From positions 1,617,186 to 1,681,185 of the forward strand of contig RHPI01002533.1 in assembly GCA_009103225.1 (NCBI GenBank): a stretch of 64,000 nucleotides of DNA. Reading direction: 5' to 3'. The stretch comes from Chlorokybus atmophyticus (Eukaryota; Plantae; Mesostigma and Chlorokybus algae). The translations under genes and the position numbers were made by a program. A model generated the notes under the pieces. That model was not told the origin of the DNA. It saw only the letters and a program-made list of their open reading frames with translations, and did no database searches. Positions 62,456 through 64,000 of the stretch are shown here, in pieces. The first letter of the stretch is position 1; every line of letters starts with the position of its first letter.

Positions 62456-64000
62456 CTTATACTTAAACATGACGTGCTACTTGAAAAACCTTTTGATTGT
62501 GTTGTCGACATGCAATTCAATAATCAAAATCAATGCCATGCATACACTCATAAACGATATACGTTAACATGTTACAACAACGTGTTGCCATTGCTTGGTG
62601 GAATGTGTATTATTGAAAATAAATGCAACTTATCGCCGTCTCCAATTCCAACATCTTGAAAGTCATTCGTTACAGCGTGCCTCGGGGATGATTTTGTTCG
62701 TTTATTTACTCTATTCATAGTTATGCTATCCTACTTAACATGATATATCACGATATATCATATGACATGACAACAATTGTGAACATTGACACCCGCACGG
62801 ATACATGCTCAATTAAGACTGCCAAGGTATGCATCAAGACTTCCATGAAGCATGAGTCATGCTGCATGACCAAGAGGGGTGACATGATAACAAGTGACGA
62901 GTACAGGTGGGTACAATGGTGACACTCGTTGCCTTCTACATGCGGGTCTGACCCGGTAACACCTCTCCAAGGGCTGACTATTTTTAGCTTCGCCATGCAC
63001 GCTCATGAAAGCACTTGCGCGATGCATGCAAGAGGTCTCACACGCTTTGTGTGACAAGCCAGTGCGCTATTTAAAGTCAGTGCTGGTAGCTGCACAGCAG
63101 CAGCAGCAGCAGCAGCACTGCTTGTGTGTAGCGCCTTTCGCGTACTTGCAGCGGGCGGCAGAAGGCGCAAGCGACATGAGGAGCTAGTGTCTGCAGGCGG
63201 GGTGCAGGCCTCACTGAGTCTGTGAGGTGAGTCACTGAGTCTGGCAGACTGGTACAGTGCTTCAGTTGCTCCAGCAGTGTGTTGCAACTGTTTGACTAAT
63301 CCTCCAGCCATTGGTGAGTGGGCATGCAGGCGGCAAACAGCCACAGCCTCTCGATGTTCCTGCCGCTTGCCTCAAAGTGGTCAGCTTGACACGCTCTGTG
63401 CTGCATGCACTAGTTGCGTGCAAGGCCGCCTTGCATGCAGCTAATGCATGCGCATGTAGACGGTCTGTTTGTAGGCGCAGCTTAGCTTGGTCATGTCATG
63501 CTTGCTGTTTAAAAATAGTCTCATACCTAGTGCATGAGCACTACAGCTGGGATGGTTAGTGACATAGCAAGCTCAGGCAGCACTTGGACGCACTGCTGCT
63601 GCTGCTGGCAACTGACCCATTGTGTGCTCCACTGGGCAGAAGCTGCTAGTGCCCGCCTTGGCCTCGTCGGATTGGTAGCTGCCAGTACTTATCACGACGT
63701 AGAGGCTGCCTTGCTACGCTGACAAGCTTACAAGCATCCATTGCGTCAGCTGCAATGAGGTGAGCTTCACTCAGGCTGCAGAGTAGGCAGCCTGACGGTC
63801 TTCAACGTAGTTAATCGTCATTCGGGATGGCTGTGACGTGTGCAACATACATGAGAACCTGAACACAGTTTATGAACTAGGCCATTGAACTTGTCGTTTC
63901 AACGAATTAAGTCAGAAACGCATTGCTTGACTTGTTGAATGTGTGGTCCAGTCCTGCCTAGAACTTCTCAGCTTTTGAAGCCAAGACACTCAGTGCATAG

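Noticed and set aside
62740-63900. GC-richer coding-like segments near the window end
   Set aside because: Stops in all plausible frames and no recognisable family. It may be a decayed element but cannot be supported.

Overview
This is intron-rich eukaryotic nuclear DNA. The gene content (plant-type BEACH, GORAB/DUF662, raffinose-synthase family, telo-box) suggests a green alga or early-diverging streptophyte; that is an inference. Left to right: a decayed chromodomain Ty3/gypsy element with its 3' LTR; an unidentified spliced gene; a degenerate DIRS-type (MT + tyrosine recombinase) retroelement; and then the standout locus (8706-20590, +). That locus splices in phase into one very large protein of about 2,100 aa over about 30 exons (hand estimate). 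Its architecture is signal peptide, extracellular GH26 glycosidase, TM helix, ankyrin repeats, long disordered linker, bacterial BcsA-type GT2 polysaccharide synthase, and a C-terminal tail with a final TM. It looks like a candidate single-chain 'synthesise-and-trim' cell-wall glycan machine, with one assembly gap inside it as the main caveat. Further right are a NIMA-related kinase, a GORAB/DUF662 golgin, a ~13 kb BEACH/WD40 gene, a GH36 raffinose-synthase/SIP-family gene, an LRAT/PLAAT-like gene, tRNA-Thr(UGU) followed by a structured 137-bp tandem repeat, and divergent BET3 and NOP56. Several AT-rich intergenic islands carry long hairpins or palindromes. All gene models were spliced by hand from GT/GC-AG sites and the ORF track; no database searches were run.
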